Virus record (IMG/VR): IMGVR_UViG_3300033153_013547
Location: 186,001-250,000 of that record
Direction: 5' to 3' (one strand)
Length of the DNA stretch: 64,000 bases
The translations under genes were made by a program, and so were the position numbers. The notes under the pieces were generated by a model. That model saw nothing but the letters and a program-made list of their open reading frames with translations. It was not told the origin of the DNA and searched no databases. This document shows positions 29,358-39,215 of this stretch, in pieces (the stretch's first letter is position 1; every line of letters begins with the position of its first letter).

Positions 29358-30440
29358 TTACTTCCCAGATTTAGCTCTATTACATGCCTTACATAACATT
29401 TGACAATTTTCAGGAATTGTCTTTCCACCCTTATGCCATGGGGTTATGTGATCTGCTTGCATTTCATCTATCTCAAAATGCTTTTCACATTTTACACAAA
29501 TGCCCTTCTGCCTTTCATATGCTTCCCTCTTCTGTCCTTCTGTAAATGCTCTAATATTTAGGTATTTTTCTTCTCTTGTCAAAACATATGAAAAAATACC
29601 AGACTTCTTGGTCACATCCTCATCTTGCATCAATTCAAATATTTCCTTATCCAACTTAACGGGGTCTATTTGTTTGTCTTTGAATTTATTGTATAAAAGT
29701 CCAAGTGGAACTTTCTTTATTTCCCTACGATAGGTAAGAAAAGTAGTTCTTGTCCAATTTATAACACGTTGGAAATATGTCCATAGATCAAGGGCGTCTG
29801 AATTATGCTGATTACGAGCCATATAATCTTCAATATTTTTATCACTGATCCACTCAATTGCAGTTTCTAAATAATCTTGACGAATTGGAGAACCAGGCAC
29901 ATAATCATGAGCCAAATCATAAGCAGGACAACCAGTCTTACTGAAATATCTTTTTGCATCAGTCAACCAAGGACCAGTGTAAATAGCATTACGAAGTTCT
30001 TGATCTGTCAACTTCTCACCAGCTATATTGATGGTTTTAAACCAGTCTAACTTTTCCTTGTCATTTCCTTCACAAAAATAAATCATCAACTTATAGTCAA
30101 GAATCTGCTCTTTCTCTGTGTCCTCAAGATTGTGAAAATACTGATAATCCAGTGAGAAATTGCCTGCTACATATTCACAAATGCTTATGGTTCTTTGCTG
30201 TCCATCCATAACTTCATAGGAACCATCTGTGTTCTTGACCCAATACATTACATTTAGGGGAAAATCCTTTCTTACTGTTTCAATTACAGCTGCCCTTTGC
30301 TTGTCTTTGTAAATAAATTCTCGTTGATATTTTGGACGAATGTTGAGCTTTCCACCATAACCAATAACACCTTCTTCGTTGTTATTGATGTATTCATTTA
30401 CTACTTCTCTGATAGTAATTTCTTTAAGTTCTATTTTCAT
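29358..30440 (-). CDS. DUF262 (ParB/GmrS-like) plus HNH endonuclease
   Basis: RPKYQREFIY, VMDGQQRT and FKTIN...ELRNA (DUF262); CVKC...ADHITPWHKGG...CKACN (HNH). Confidence 0.9.
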   Translation of the reverse strand: MKIELKEITIREVVNEYINNNEEGVIGYGGKLNIRPKYQREFIYKDKQRAAVIETVRKDFPLNVMYWVKNTDGSYEVMDGQQRTISICEYVAGNFSLDYQYFHNLEDTEKEQILDYKLMIYFCEGNDKEKLDWFKTINIAGEKLTDQELRNAIYTGPWLTDAKRYFSKTGCPAYDLAHDYVPGSPIRQDYLETAIEWISDKNIEDYMARNQHNSDALDLWTYFQRVINWTRTTFLTYRREIKKVPLGLLYNKFKDKQIDPVKLDKEIFELMQDEDVTKKSGIFSYVLTREEKYLNIRAFTEGQKREAYERQKGICVKCEKHFEIDEMQADHITPWHKGGKTIPENCQMLCKACNRAKSGK

Positions 30441-30456
30441 TTATTTATCCTGATAT

Positions 30457-30741
30457 TTATAAAATAACAACTGCATCAAGATGACCTGGTTCAAAATCTT
30501 CAAATGTAACAAAGAAATATTCGTCTTGACCATTATCAGGAGGAGATCTATTAATGATTAGGTAAGTTAGATATCCTGGTCTATATATTGCATACCATTC
30601 TTCGTTTTCGTTTCTATCTTTCTGTGATATTCTTTGTAATGATTTTTTAAACTCAGATTTTAATCTATGTTGTGCATCAATAAATGAATCAATCCCCTTC
30701 AGTAATTTTTCTAATTCACTTTTATGTTTGGCCTGTGTCAT
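30457..30741 (-). CDS. hypothetical protein inserted between MTase and DUF262-HNH
   Basis: ATGA-coupled ORF. Confidence 0.55.
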   Translation of the reverse strand: MTQAKHKSELEKLLKGIDSFIDAQHRLKSEFKKSLQRISQKDRNENEEWYAIYRPGYLTYLIINRSPPDNGQDEYFFVTFEDFEPGHLDAVVIL

Positions 30742-31682
30742 TTCATTCTCCTGTTTTTTATGAAAATTCTACTATACATTCTTTTGCCATTTATATACCC
30801 ACGCCCTTTGGAAATTTCTAAATCATACTCATTTCCCAATATTTCAAACTGCTCAGGATTGTATTTACTTAAAAATGTAATAGGCACACCCATAACACCA
30901 TCATAATCCATGGGTATATTTTTCACTTTATTAACCTCGATAGCATCGTAGTTATCATATTTTGGGTAGACCTCTTCATTTTTATAGTATTTCTTATACA
31001 AAATCAAATCTTCATGTCTTTTGGGATAGTCTAAATTGGTGAACCAACTTATAGCAGGAACCTTCCCATATTTCTTGCCAGTTTTTTCATCAATTCTATT
31101 CCATCTTTCATAATCATCAGATAGTCCAAATTCCATTACTATATTGGAGCTATTGCCCAACCAAATCTTATTTTCCTTGATCAACTTGAAAATTTCTTTG
31201 TAAGTAATAGCATTTTGATTACCAATTATTATAAATTTCTTGTCATATTCTATCAATTGATCAACATATTCCCTAAACAATGAAAAGGGTGGATTGGTGA
31301 CTACAACATCTGCTTCCTTCAATATCTCTATACATTCAGGACTTCTAAAATCACCATTTTGCTTCAAGGGGGTTTTTATGGTGTCCATCTTATTTATCTT
31401 GCCATCATCATTGATGTCAGCAATAAGTTCCAGTTTATATGACGGCTTATCTGTCTCAAAATGGGTGGCAATTAGTTTTTTTAGCCCCAGATGCTCAAAA
31501 TTCAAGGCAAAATAATTCCAGAAATTACTCTCTTCAGGATCATCACAATTGCAGAATATAATTTTACCTTTTAGGTGATCTTTATAGTGCTTCAATTCCC
31601 TTTCTATATCTGCTAATTGCGTATAAAATTCATCATTCTTTGCTTTCTTTGCTTGATGTAAATTTTTATTGGCTGCCATCAC
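30738..31682 (-). CDS. adenine-specific DNA methyltransferase, EcoRI-methylase family
   Basis: AKKAKNDEFYT, CNCDDP, GDFRSPEC, VVTNPPFSLFREY, GVMGVPITF. Confidence 0.9.
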   Translation of the reverse strand: MMAANKNLHQAKKAKNDEFYTQLADIERELKHYKDHLKGKIIFCNCDDPEESNFWNYFALNFEHLGLKKLIATHFETDKPSYKLELIADINDDGKINKMDTIKTPLKQNGDFRSPECIEILKEADVVVTNPPFSLFREYVDQLIEYDKKFIIIGNQNAITYKEIFKLIKENKIWLGNSSNIVMEFGLSDDYERWNRIDEKTGKKYGKVPAISWFTNLDYPKRHEDLILYKKYYKNEEVYPKYDNYDAIEVNKVKNIPMDYDGVMGVPITFLSKYNPEQFEILGNEYDLEISKGRGYINGKRMYSRIFIKNRRMK

Positions 31683-31948
31683 TCATCCCTCATCATACTA
31701 ATATCTTTCAATCTTTCTACTGCCTTCTCATAATATTCCATACTTTCGACAACATGTTTCCATTGAATATAAACAACATCAAGCTGTCCATGTTCATCAA
31801 CAAGTTTTTTGGCTGATTCCAGTACTGCTTGTTCTGTATTTTCTGCTGGAATATCAATAAATTTTAGAAATGTTGTGTCTAATTTCACAACATACCAGCC
31901 ATCCTCTTCTCCGTCCATTTCTGTTATACGATATTTATCTTCGCCCAT
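31679..31948 (-). CDS. chimeric small protein ending in a copy of an MTase C-terminus
   Basis: C-terminal YYEKAVERLKD matches 33605-34378 (YYDKAVERLKD). Confidence 0.6.
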   Translation of the reverse strand: MGEDKYRITEMDGEEDGWYVVKLDTTFLKFIDIPAENTEQAVLESAKKLVDEHGQLDVVYIQWKHVVESMEYYEKAVERLKDISMMRDE

Positions 31949-31996
31949 CTAATCACCTCGGTTATCATTCCACTTTGTCCAGGAATTGTCTTTCCA

Positions 31997-32308
31997 CTAA
32001 ATATAGTATAAGCCAACAATACTTACCACAACAGACGTGATAGACACAACGAGCGCCGTGATACTTATTGCACGATTCCTTTGTCCCTCCCAGTATACCA
32101 TAAAAACCTCTGCAGCGTCCTGAAGATCTTGCTTCCATTTGTCTATGCCCAGACATTTTTCTATGCCCATATTATCTATATATGGATCAATCCTCCACCA
32201 CATATCACCAATGGCTTTTATTTCTTTCAAGGGCATAATTTTGGCATATATTCGTTCGACCCTAGCTTTTTCCTTGCTTCGGTGTATTGACTTGTATTTT
32301 TTGCTCAT
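31997..32308 (-). CDS. C-terminally membrane-anchored protein (paralogue of 27596-27934)
   Basis: SKEKARVERIYAKIMP...WWRI...CL...WKQDLQDA plus TM tail. Confidence 0.7.
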   Translation of the reverse strand: MSKKYKSIHRSKEKARVERIYAKIMPLKEIKAIGDMWWRIDPYIDNMGIEKCLGIDKWKQDLQDAAEVFMVYWEGQRNRAISITALVVSITSVVVSIVGLYYI

Positions 32309-32309
32309 T

Positions 32310-32924
32310 TTACTTTCTTAGTACGAATTTGTCGATACTTCGCTGATACACTTTCCATCGATCAAATATTTTATCTTGATCTGATATCTCGAAGCGAATT
32401 GCGTATTCGTTGTTGGTATTGTTCTTGCCTGATTCCCTTGTGCCATGAGCATAACCAGCCTTAGTTAGATCAAGCTCTTTATGCATTTCATTATTGGTTA
32501 ATAGGAAAGTATAACGAACGAACTCCTCACTTCTTATGTCAAATGCTTCAACAATATAGTCTACTTCCTGCCAAGGTCTGATCTGCACTATGTTTACATT
32601 GGAACCATCGTGCATCAGCAGCGAGCACTTATATTCGAAATGGATACCATTAGCATTTCTACAATCTCCCCTACCATCAGATGCCTTGACTTTCACCAGC
32701 CCGTTTTCTCTTATGAATCTATTTTCTATTCTAGGAGCAAATGCCTGACTACTTAAGAACGACATACCATATATAAAATATTCCCAACTTTCATTGTTTC
32801 CCCAGCTCCTATCTTTGCCAATAGTTGTCTTGATATAGTTCGGTATTTTACTAGCCTCTTTTAATTGTTGCAAAGTTAGCTTGATTTTCTGCAATTCTTT
32901 TGACCGCCTTGTCGTAAAACTCAT
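32310..32924 (-). CDS. putative type II restriction endonuclease
   Basis: PD-(D/E)XK-like GDC...FEYKCS and VQIRPW; overlaps the adjacent MTase gene. Confidence 0.6.
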   Translation of the reverse strand: MSFTTRRSKELQKIKLTLQQLKEASKIPNYIKTTIGKDRSWGNNESWEYFIYGMSFLSSQAFAPRIENRFIRENGLVKVKASDGRGDCRNANGIHFEYKCSLLMHDGSNVNIVQIRPWQEVDYIVEAFDIRSEEFVRYTFLLTNNEMHKELDLTKAGYAHGTRESGKNNTNNEYAIRFEISDQDKIFDRWKVYQRSIDKFVLRK

Positions 32925-33603
32925 TATTAGATTCTATACCAACGAATTGCCTATTCAAATTAGTAGCGGCTACAGCCGTAGTCCCACTACCAATACAATT
33001 ATCTAAAACTAAATCATTTTCATTGGTATATACTTTGATTAAATACTCAAATAACTCAAGTGGTTTTTGGGTAGGATGCCCTCCCTTGATCCTCGGATTA
33101 CTTATTTTGATCACGGACCTGGCATGTCTGAAGCCTTCGTTATTTTTATAGCTTGATTTTTGCTGATTATACATATCACTTTTGTAACCAGCCTTTCGGC
33201 TTATGGAATATGGTGTTCCAATCGTTTTCTGCTCATTATATACTGGTATTTTCGTGTAAAATACCAGTATATTCTCATGCACTCTTAGGGGCTGGTGTTT
33301 TATGTTGAGCTGTCCTGATCCTATAGTCTTTTCCCATATCAACTCATATTTAAATAACTCAATATTACTTGCTATCAATAATGAAGTAAATGGTTGTGAA
33401 GCCGTCAAGACGATGGCCCCGTTGTTCTTGATAATCCTTTTATATTCTTTCCACAATGGCTCAAAAGGTATGATCACATCCCATTTACAGTTGGTCGTTC
33501 CATATGGCAAATCACACAGGATCATATCAATAGATCCGTCTTCAATATGTGGCATTATATCCAAACAATCTCCAAGGTAGATATTATTAGGCTCTATTTT
33601 CAT
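32851..33603 (-). CDS. N4/N6 DNA methyltransferase (beta class)
   Basis: GDCL...DLPYG...HPTQKP...VLDNCIGSGTT. Confidence 0.92.
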   Translation of the reverse strand: MKIEPNNIYLGDCLDIMPHIEDGSIDMILCDLPYGTTNCKWDVIIPFEPLWKEYKRIIKNNGAIVLTASQPFTSLLIASNIELFKYELIWEKTIGSGQLNIKHQPLRVHENILVFYTKIPVYNEQKTIGTPYSISRKAGYKSDMYNQQKSSYKNNEGFRHARSVIKISNPRIKGGHPTQKPLELFEYLIKVYTNENDLVLDNCIGSGTTAVAATNLNRQFVGIESNNEFYDKAVKRIAENQANFATIKRG

Positions 33604-33604
33604 T

Positions 33605-34378
33605 TTACATCAACCCTTCTTCCTTCTCCTTCACATCATCCATTTCTGCATGCCTTCTTACATCTTTCAATCTTTCTACTGCCTTATCATAATATTGTTT
33701 GTCTAATTCACAACCCATAGCATTTCTACCTTGCTGTATTGCAGCTACAAGCATAGTGGCAGATCCACAAAAAGGATCCAAAACAACATCTCCAGCATTA
33801 GAATGTATATCTATAAGCTCATGCATCAATTTCAATGGTTTTTGGGTAGGATGTAATCTCTTGCCCCCATCTCTATGTATTGGCTGACTAAAAACACCAT
33901 TATGATATTTTGCATGAAATGTAGGTTTTGATCCCTTTGTGGCTACAATAGCAACTTCACGAGCATTTGTCAAATAAGATACCTTAGAATTTATAGGCAC
34001 AGGAATTGTCTTGATCCATTCAATGAAACGAAGCATTTTGAACTTTTTGCTCTTCAGCAGACAAGCCAGGGATTCTAATTTCCATAGATCATAGAACACA
34101 ATGATAGTGCCCCCTTTTCTTAGCACACGATAACATTCTCCAAAAACATTGTCAAATAAACTAGCATGATCTTCTGCAGCAATCTTGTCCCACTTACCAA
34201 AATCCATAGATATTCTTAGACGCTCAACTCCCTTGTCACCCATAGCCTGAAACCCTGTTTTCTTTGATATTTGATAAGGTGGATCAGTAAGCACAAGATC
34301 AATAGAATTATCATCTATTTCCTTGAGAAAGTCCTGGGCATCTCTATTTTCAAAAACAAGATTAGGCTTTATCTCCAT
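33605..34378 (-). CDS. N4/N6 DNA methyltransferase (beta class)
   Basis: DPPY, HPTQKP, VLDPFCGSAT. Confidence 0.92.
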   Translation of the reverse strand: MEIKPNLVFENRDAQDFLKEIDDNSIDLVLTDPPYQISKKTGFQAMGDKGVERLRISMDFGKWDKIAAEDHASLFDNVFGECYRVLRKGGTIIVFYDLWKLESLACLLKSKKFKMLRFIEWIKTIPVPINSKVSYLTNAREVAIVATKGSKPTFHAKYHNGVFSQPIHRDGGKRLHPTQKPLKLMHELIDIHSNAGDVVLDPFCGSATMLVAAIQQGRNAMGCELDKQYYDKAVERLKDVRRHAEMDDVKEKEEGLM

Positions 34379-35026
34379 CTACACCAGTTCCTCTTTCACA
34401 ACATCTAAAAGATTGTTGTATATTATGCCCAATCCATTATGGAATTCTTTATCTAATTTGTTGCCTATATCCAGATAGTTTTTATTACTAACAGAATGTA
34501 ATCCACTGAAATAATTATAGCCATCATTGGGTATTGATGTGGTTATTTGATCGCCACTACTACGAAGGTTGGGTATATCCTCCCTCGATATCACGGCAAA
34601 CCCTATATCCATTGTTCCCTTGCGATTGTTGCCTCTTTGTATAGTCATTAGATAGTCAAACTCTAAATCATGTACATCTGGATCTTGACTATTATTACCC
34701 AATTTATTCTTGATCACTATTGACTTTGCAGTTGTGAGTCGATTGGGAGATTTTTTGAGCGGTTGTTGAAACATATATGTCTGGATTTTGACAGAGATTC
34801 TATCTTTATTATTGTACATTAAATCATATCCAACATTGTACGATGATTCCAAAACATTCTTACCAACATAAGGCTTAACAATAGTATAACACAACAAATG
34901 ACTAATATGAAATCTATAATCGGGCTTATTCATTTCTGGCGGTATTCCTCTAGACGCCATCTCAATAGATTTTAATATATTGTTATGTTCCAATCGACAA
35001 AATCGTATAAAACTGCATCCAAACAC
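34379..35026 (-). CDS. putative restriction endonuclease (divergent PD-(D/E)XK)
   Basis: GYDLMY...ISVK motif; lies between two MTase genes. Confidence 0.45.
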   Translation of the reverse strand: MFGCSFIRFCRLEHNNILKSIEMASRGIPPEMNKPDYRFHISHLLCYTIVKPYVGKNVLESSYNVGYDLMYNNKDRISVKIQTYMFQQPLKKSPNRLTTAKSIVIKNKLGNNSQDPDVHDLEFDYLMTIQRGNNRKGTMDIGFAVISREDIPNLRSSGDQITTSIPNDGYNYFSGLHSVSNKNYLDIGNKLDKEFHNGLGIIYNNLLDVVKEELV

Positions 35027-36009
35027 TACTTACTTCCTTTACAATACTTGTCTATAATATTTTTGATTGAGAATTTTCCTCTTCCGTATTTCTGTTGCAA
35101 GAATAAATTCACTTCGCCCTGTCCTAAACCTTTGTCTAACAACGATTTATAATCATTACGGATCGAGGCAATTTCTCCTTCTTCTATCTTTTTGCCCTGA
35201 TTTTTGGGCACAACATTTACCACTTTTTTCATGTTATCAAGATCACAACCAAATTTTATCTCTCCCAATTTACTAATATGATGATCAAAAATACTCTTAT
35301 TAATCTCATATCCCACTATCTTTCTGCCCAATTTGATAGCATTATATGCTGTAGTAAAATTACCCATAAAAAAATCACACACCATATCCCCAGCATTGGA
35401 TGAATATAAAATCATTTTTCTAACCAATTCATTTGGTAGTTTGTTTTGGTTTTTTGGTATTTTGGGATCATATTCTTTATTAATAATAAAGACATCTTCT
35501 AGATCCTGATATAACAATGACTTACCTGTGGAGGTCTTTTCTTGTGATCCAAATCTACAATAGGTATTGAAAATATTTTTGCTTTTTATGCTTTTGCTAT
35601 AATATAAAATATGATAATGTGAAGTTACATATTTCTTTTTTGTATACACACCAAAATTATATTTCCAGATAATATGATTAATCTCATGTAACTTTAGGGC
35701 ATAAGCTGCATTTAACACATGCCTCAAATTACTATGTCCCATGATAATATACATTGACCCATTTGGTTTCAATATTCTGGATGCTTCTGTCATCCACTCA
35801 TGCGTCCATTTCCCGTAATCTGCAGGGGCTTCGACATAACCATCTATGATATTAGACGAATCTCTTTTATAGTGTTTATCAAATGATATCTCATCAATGC
35901 CAAATGGTGGATCATATATCCCTAAATCAACATGATTATCTGGGATATCTGCTCTGCTGCTCATACAATCAGCATTAAATATCTGAATTTTGGGTTTTCT
36001 TTCTCTCAT
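35026..36009 (-). CDS. N4/N6 DNA methyltransferase (beta class) with C-terminal extension
   Basis: DPPF, NQNKLP, VCDFFMGNFTT. Confidence 0.88.
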   Translation of the reverse strand: MRERKPKIQIFNADCMSSRADIPDNHVDLGIYDPPFGIDEISFDKHYKRDSSNIIDGYVEAPADYGKWTHEWMTEASRILKPNGSMYIIMGHSNLRHVLNAAYALKLHEINHIIWKYNFGVYTKKKYVTSHYHILYYSKSIKSKNIFNTYCRFGSQEKTSTGKSLLYQDLEDVFIINKEYDPKIPKNQNKLPNELVRKMILYSSNAGDMVCDFFMGNFTTAYNAIKLGRKIVGYEINKSIFDHHISKLGEIKFGCDLDNMKKVVNVVPKNQGKKIEEGEIASIRNDYKSLLDKGLGQGEVNLFLQQKYGRGKFSIKNIIDKYCKGSK

Positions 36010-36043
36010 TTAACCATCTCTCTTACGTGTCATCACCATCCAT

Positions 36044-36367
36044 CTACTCTTCCTCATAATACTCAAGAAGTTCTTGAATAAGATTAGCTTTCTCTATGCT
36101 TTTTGTATAACCTGCTCGTATTCTAGCATGGTGTTGCCTTTTCACAGAATCCTTCGTTTCTTCTGGTTCCTGACATTCCTTGGTCTCTTCACCATAAATC
36201 TTGATAGACTGTGGCTGATATTGTGGATCACTATGTTGCGCACAATAAACCAAACAAGCCAAATCAGACAAGTCTTCTAATTTCTGAAGAGCTTCTCTCT
36301 TTGTCTGTGCCTCAACCATTACTTCTGCATCAATAATCCATTCAACAGGAATGATAAATTGTTTCAT
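36044..36367 (-). CDS. DpnD/PcfM-like small protein
   Basis: F.IPVEW...VMVEAQTKREALQKL. Confidence 0.6.
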   Translation of the reverse strand: MKQFIIPVEWIIDAEVMVEAQTKREALQKLEDLSDLACLVYCAQHSDPQYQPQSIKIYGEETKECQEPEETKDSVKRQHHARIRAGYTKSIEKANLIQELLEYYEEE

Positions 36368-36576
36368 TATAACTCCTCCACAAAATCTTCCATTTCCTCT
36401 ATAGAATCTTCATCAACATGAAACGAGTCATCTACATACCAAGCATCTCCTCCACTTTCAACACATTCTCTAGTAGACATTTTCCATGCTAATTCTAGTG
36501 CCTCTTTCTCTGTTTCAGCTTTAACATATACATCAACACCTACTCTCCATGTAACGAAGATGGCAAACTCTTTCAT
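36367..36576 (-). CDS. DpnD/PcfM-like small protein
   Basis: FAIFVTW...VYVKAETEKEALELA. Confidence 0.6.
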   Translation of the reverse strand: MKEFAIFVTWRVGVDVYVKAETEKEALELAWKMSTRECVESGGDAWYVDDSFHVDEDSIEEMEDFVEEL

Positions 36577-37148
36577 TATAACTCCTCCATAACTTTTTCC
36601 AAAATCTCATCAAGGTCAAGTGGTTTTCCTAATAATTCAGCCCATTCTGTCAACTTGATTGTTTGATGATAATCACCATCAGGATAGTAATTGGAAAGAT
36701 AGGGCCAATCAAACTCAGTAAGCACTTGTTTAGCATATTCTTTTGCTATGCCATAGGCTGTTTCATGATCATCTGCTATGATCTCAAAATAAAATTTGAA
36801 GTCGTGGCCTTTTGGTTTATAAAATCGTTTTATAATATCATGTTCACCATAAACCGTATAACAAGGACGATGCTCCCACAATTTGAGATTCTCATCAGCA
36901 CCTTCGTCTTCAATAATAATATAACCCTTACGATCAGTATAAAAGTCCCAATTAGCTTCAGTTATACTGAAACTATATTTCATTTGGTAATCCACAATAG
37001 TCTCTATTGGATAACCAAGGATTTCACAATACTGTTGCTGATCACTATCTAATTTAGCAACAGATTTCTCAGCCAGTTCTTCTGTAGCAAACACTCCATG
37101 AATAGATGCCTTGCAATCCCTGTTGATAACTACCCATACTTCTACCAT
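36576..37148 (-). CDS. hypothetical phage protein
   Basis: VWVV...IHGVFATEELAEK N-terminal motif; GGAG RBS. Confidence 0.65.
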   Translation of the reverse strand: MVEVWVVINRDCKASIHGVFATEELAEKSVAKLDSDQQQYCEILGYPIETIVDYQMKYSFSITEANWDFYTDRKGYIIIEDEGADENLKLWEHRPCYTVYGEHDIIKRFYKPKGHDFKFYFEIIADDHETAYGIAKEYAKQVLTEFDWPYLSNYYPDGDYHQTIKLTEWAELLGKPLDLDEILEKVMEEL

Positions 37149-37372
37149 TCCTCTCCCTCCTCATACTCTTCCACAGGACAAACAGATTCAAGAACTCCAT
37201 AATCTGTGATCTTAGCATAGAATTCCTTGCCTTTTTGTAGCAAACCTAGATCTTGTAGAGTTTCTATACCTCTGTGTTCTACATATACCATTTGATCAAT
37301 TAGTTCAAGGACACCAATTGTGCCACCATTGTAGTTGAAATCAACTACCTCTACTAATTTATAATCTGTCAT
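37142..37372 (-). CDS. hypothetical protein
   Basis: Packed ORF with RBS. Confidence 0.6.
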   Translation of the reverse strand: MTDYKLVEVVDFNYNGGTIGVLELIDQMVYVEHRGIETLQDLGLLQKGKEFYAKITDYGVLESVCPVEEYEEGEEW

Positions 37373-37380
37373 TTTCTCTC

Positions 37381-37878
37381 CTAATTAGGCTCAATTTCTT
37401 TTACAGACACAATGTCTTTCCACGTATTAGGCACATCCATATTGTAAGACAAGTGAAGTTCTGCTTCACCCAATGTCTTTACAATTTCTTTAGCATGCTT
37501 GGCATTCTTTGCAACAACATGTGTAGTATAATTTTTGGTAACATCCAGTTCCACAGCATATTCTTTACCCTCAGTGTTTTCTGAATCTTCAATAATTTCT
37601 ACATCCATTAGAGAAGCCACAAGACTAAGATCTAATACCACAGGTGTGCAATCCATTTTACCTATCCCAGACTCATACCATCTATAGATTGTAAGATTGT
37701 GCCGTTTATTATAATCCTGCGTATCAGCACTTGCCTCATCTTCTTCTACCAATCCATAAGATGGATCATGATCATCTTCTGGCAATCCTAATTCCATGGT
37801 ATATTCAGAAATACCAGCAATCTTTGTTCTTGCATATGCCAAAAATACCTTAGGAGTCATTTTGGTTTTCTCTGTCAT
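37381..37878 (-). CDS. hypothetical protein with C-terminal DpnD/PcfM-like domain
   Basis: KEYAVELDVTKNYTTHVVAKNAKHAKEIV. Confidence 0.6.
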   Translation of the reverse strand: MTEKTKMTPKVFLAYARTKIAGISEYTMELGLPEDDHDPSYGLVEEDEASADTQDYNKRHNLTIYRWYESGIGKMDCTPVVLDLSLVASLMDVEIIEDSENTEGKEYAVELDVTKNYTTHVVAKNAKHAKEIVKTLGEAELHLSYNMDVPNTWKDIVSVKEIEPN

Positions 37879-37885
37879 AATGTCC

Positions 37886-38140
37886 TCACTTTGCTTTAAA
37901 ATTGAACATACTAAGACAAATACTCAATAGAAGAGCTTGCCAATAATTGATAGCAGGTAGGCCAAATATACAACACATAAACCACACATTCCAGAATAAC
38001 TGGATAAACAAAGCAATCACAAATATTAAGCAAACTCCTGCCACAATTGCTCCCCACATTGTTTGTTTCTCATTCATCATTTTTCCTCTCAAGATCTTCT
38101 GTCTCTTGCTCAAGATCTCTAATATCTTGTTTGAGATCAC
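37886..38140 (-). CDS. small membrane protein (true start probably ~38080)
   Basis: Hydrophobic LFWNVWF...FGLPAINYWQALLL motif. Confidence 0.6.
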   Translation of the reverse strand: MISNKILEILSKRQKILRGKMMNEKQTMWGAIVAGVCLIFVIALFIQLFWNVWFMCCIFGLPAINYWQALLLSICLSMFNFKAK

Positions 38141-38330
38141 CCACTTTCTCTTGCAGAAATTCTTTGTCTTCTTTCAATGTGTTTCTGGTATCAAGCAATG
38201 TTGTATATTGTTTCCAATAATCAATTAAGGCTCTTACCTCTCGTTGTGACAACTGCACAAATTCATTGTCTAACAGCCTTTTCTCTATATCTGAAATATC
38301 TTCCTTGCCTAATCTATATTCATATACCAT
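38070..38330 (-). CDS. coiled-coil hypothetical protein
   Basis: Heptad-rich C-terminus; GAGG RBS. Confidence 0.6.
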   Translation of the reverse strand: MVYEYRLGKEDISDIEKRLLDNEFVQLSQREVRALIDYWKQYTTLLDTRNTLKEDKEFLQEKVGDLKQDIRDLEQETEDLERKNDE

Positions 38331-38453
38331 TCCTCAATCTCCTTTGGACTATAATACTGGTAATTTATTGTTATGCCATGAATGCAAATCTTCTGCCAAA
38401 CCTGATCCAGTGCATCCAGCAAGTTCAATGTTTTCTAAATGGTAATTCATTTT

Positions 38454-38693
38454 CTACTCCTCCAATTCATTTACTGTCCACTCATCTGGATCAAGGGTGT
38501 GATTATATTCAAAACCAGTGAGCATAATTCCCTTTGATTCGTCCTCTTCACAAAGACCATCATTTAACTTTTTGACTGCTTCTTCTTTTGAACCAGCATT
38601 AACTACAAAATATGCGAAATGAATTTCCTTGACTCCTACTTCAAATTTCATTTTACACCTCGTCAGATAATTGCACCATCCATCGATCAACAT
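38454..38693 (-). CDS. DpnD/PcfM-like small protein (true start probably 38651)
   Basis: MKFEVGVKE...VVNAGSKEEAVKKL. Confidence 0.6.
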   Translation of the reverse strand: MLIDGWCNYLTRCKMKFEVGVKEIHFAYFVVNAGSKEEAVKKLNDGLCEEDESKGIMLTGFEYNHTLDPDEWTVNELEE

Positions 38694-38711
38694 TTTGTTT
38701 TTCTTCAGTCA

Positions 38712-39197
38712 TTAGTCAGGCATAGATGAATAGTGATAAGTATAATAAACCTCCATCCGCACGGGGATCGCCCCATATTGTCTGGTATCAGTGTATGTTT
38801 GGCCAGTTATACAACCCACAGCAGTCGTTACAATATCTCCGAAAAACACAACGCGTTCCATAGACCCAAGCCTGTGTCGCAATTTTATTGTGTCTCCACA
38901 ATCAAGATAAGCAGAGTGTTTAAGGACTGCTTTATCTTTTTCTCCTGATGTATTTAAAAATACAAAACTTACTGTAATTTGCTTGATAGGTTCTTTAGTA
39001 TAATTGACAATATAAGCTTCTACTACGTTGATATCTCCATTATTACGATTGTTTGATCTGATTTTCTCCAGTAGTTTTGTATTACCTTCTGGCGATGTAT
39101 ATGGGATCGTGTCAGACTCATAATTATTACAACAAATATAGTAAATAATTATTCCGACTATTATAATACCCAATGTCACGAAGATCCACATAATCAT
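38712..39197 (-). CDS. membrane-anchored protein with FxLYD-like Ig domain
   Basis: N-terminal TM; EAYIVNYTKEPIKQITVSFVFLNTSGE; CpG-richer than its flanks. Confidence 0.55.
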   Translation of the reverse strand: MIMWIFVTLGIIIVGIIIYYICCNNYESDTIPYTSPEGNTKLLEKIRSNNRNNGDINVVEAYIVNYTKEPIKQITVSFVFLNTSGEKDKAVLKHSAYLDCGDTIKLRHRLGSMERVVFFGDIVTTAVGCITGQTYTDTRQYGAIPVRMEVYYTYHYSSMPD

Positions 39198-39215
39198 TTT
39201 ATTTCTCCTCTATGC

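Larger units (their letters stand above)
31703..33696. repeat. 35-bp direct repeat (31703-31737 and 33662-33696) bracketing an RM cassette
   Basis: atctttcaatctttctactgcctt[c/a]tcataatatt with one mismatch; 1959 bp apart (in frame). Confidence 0.9.
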
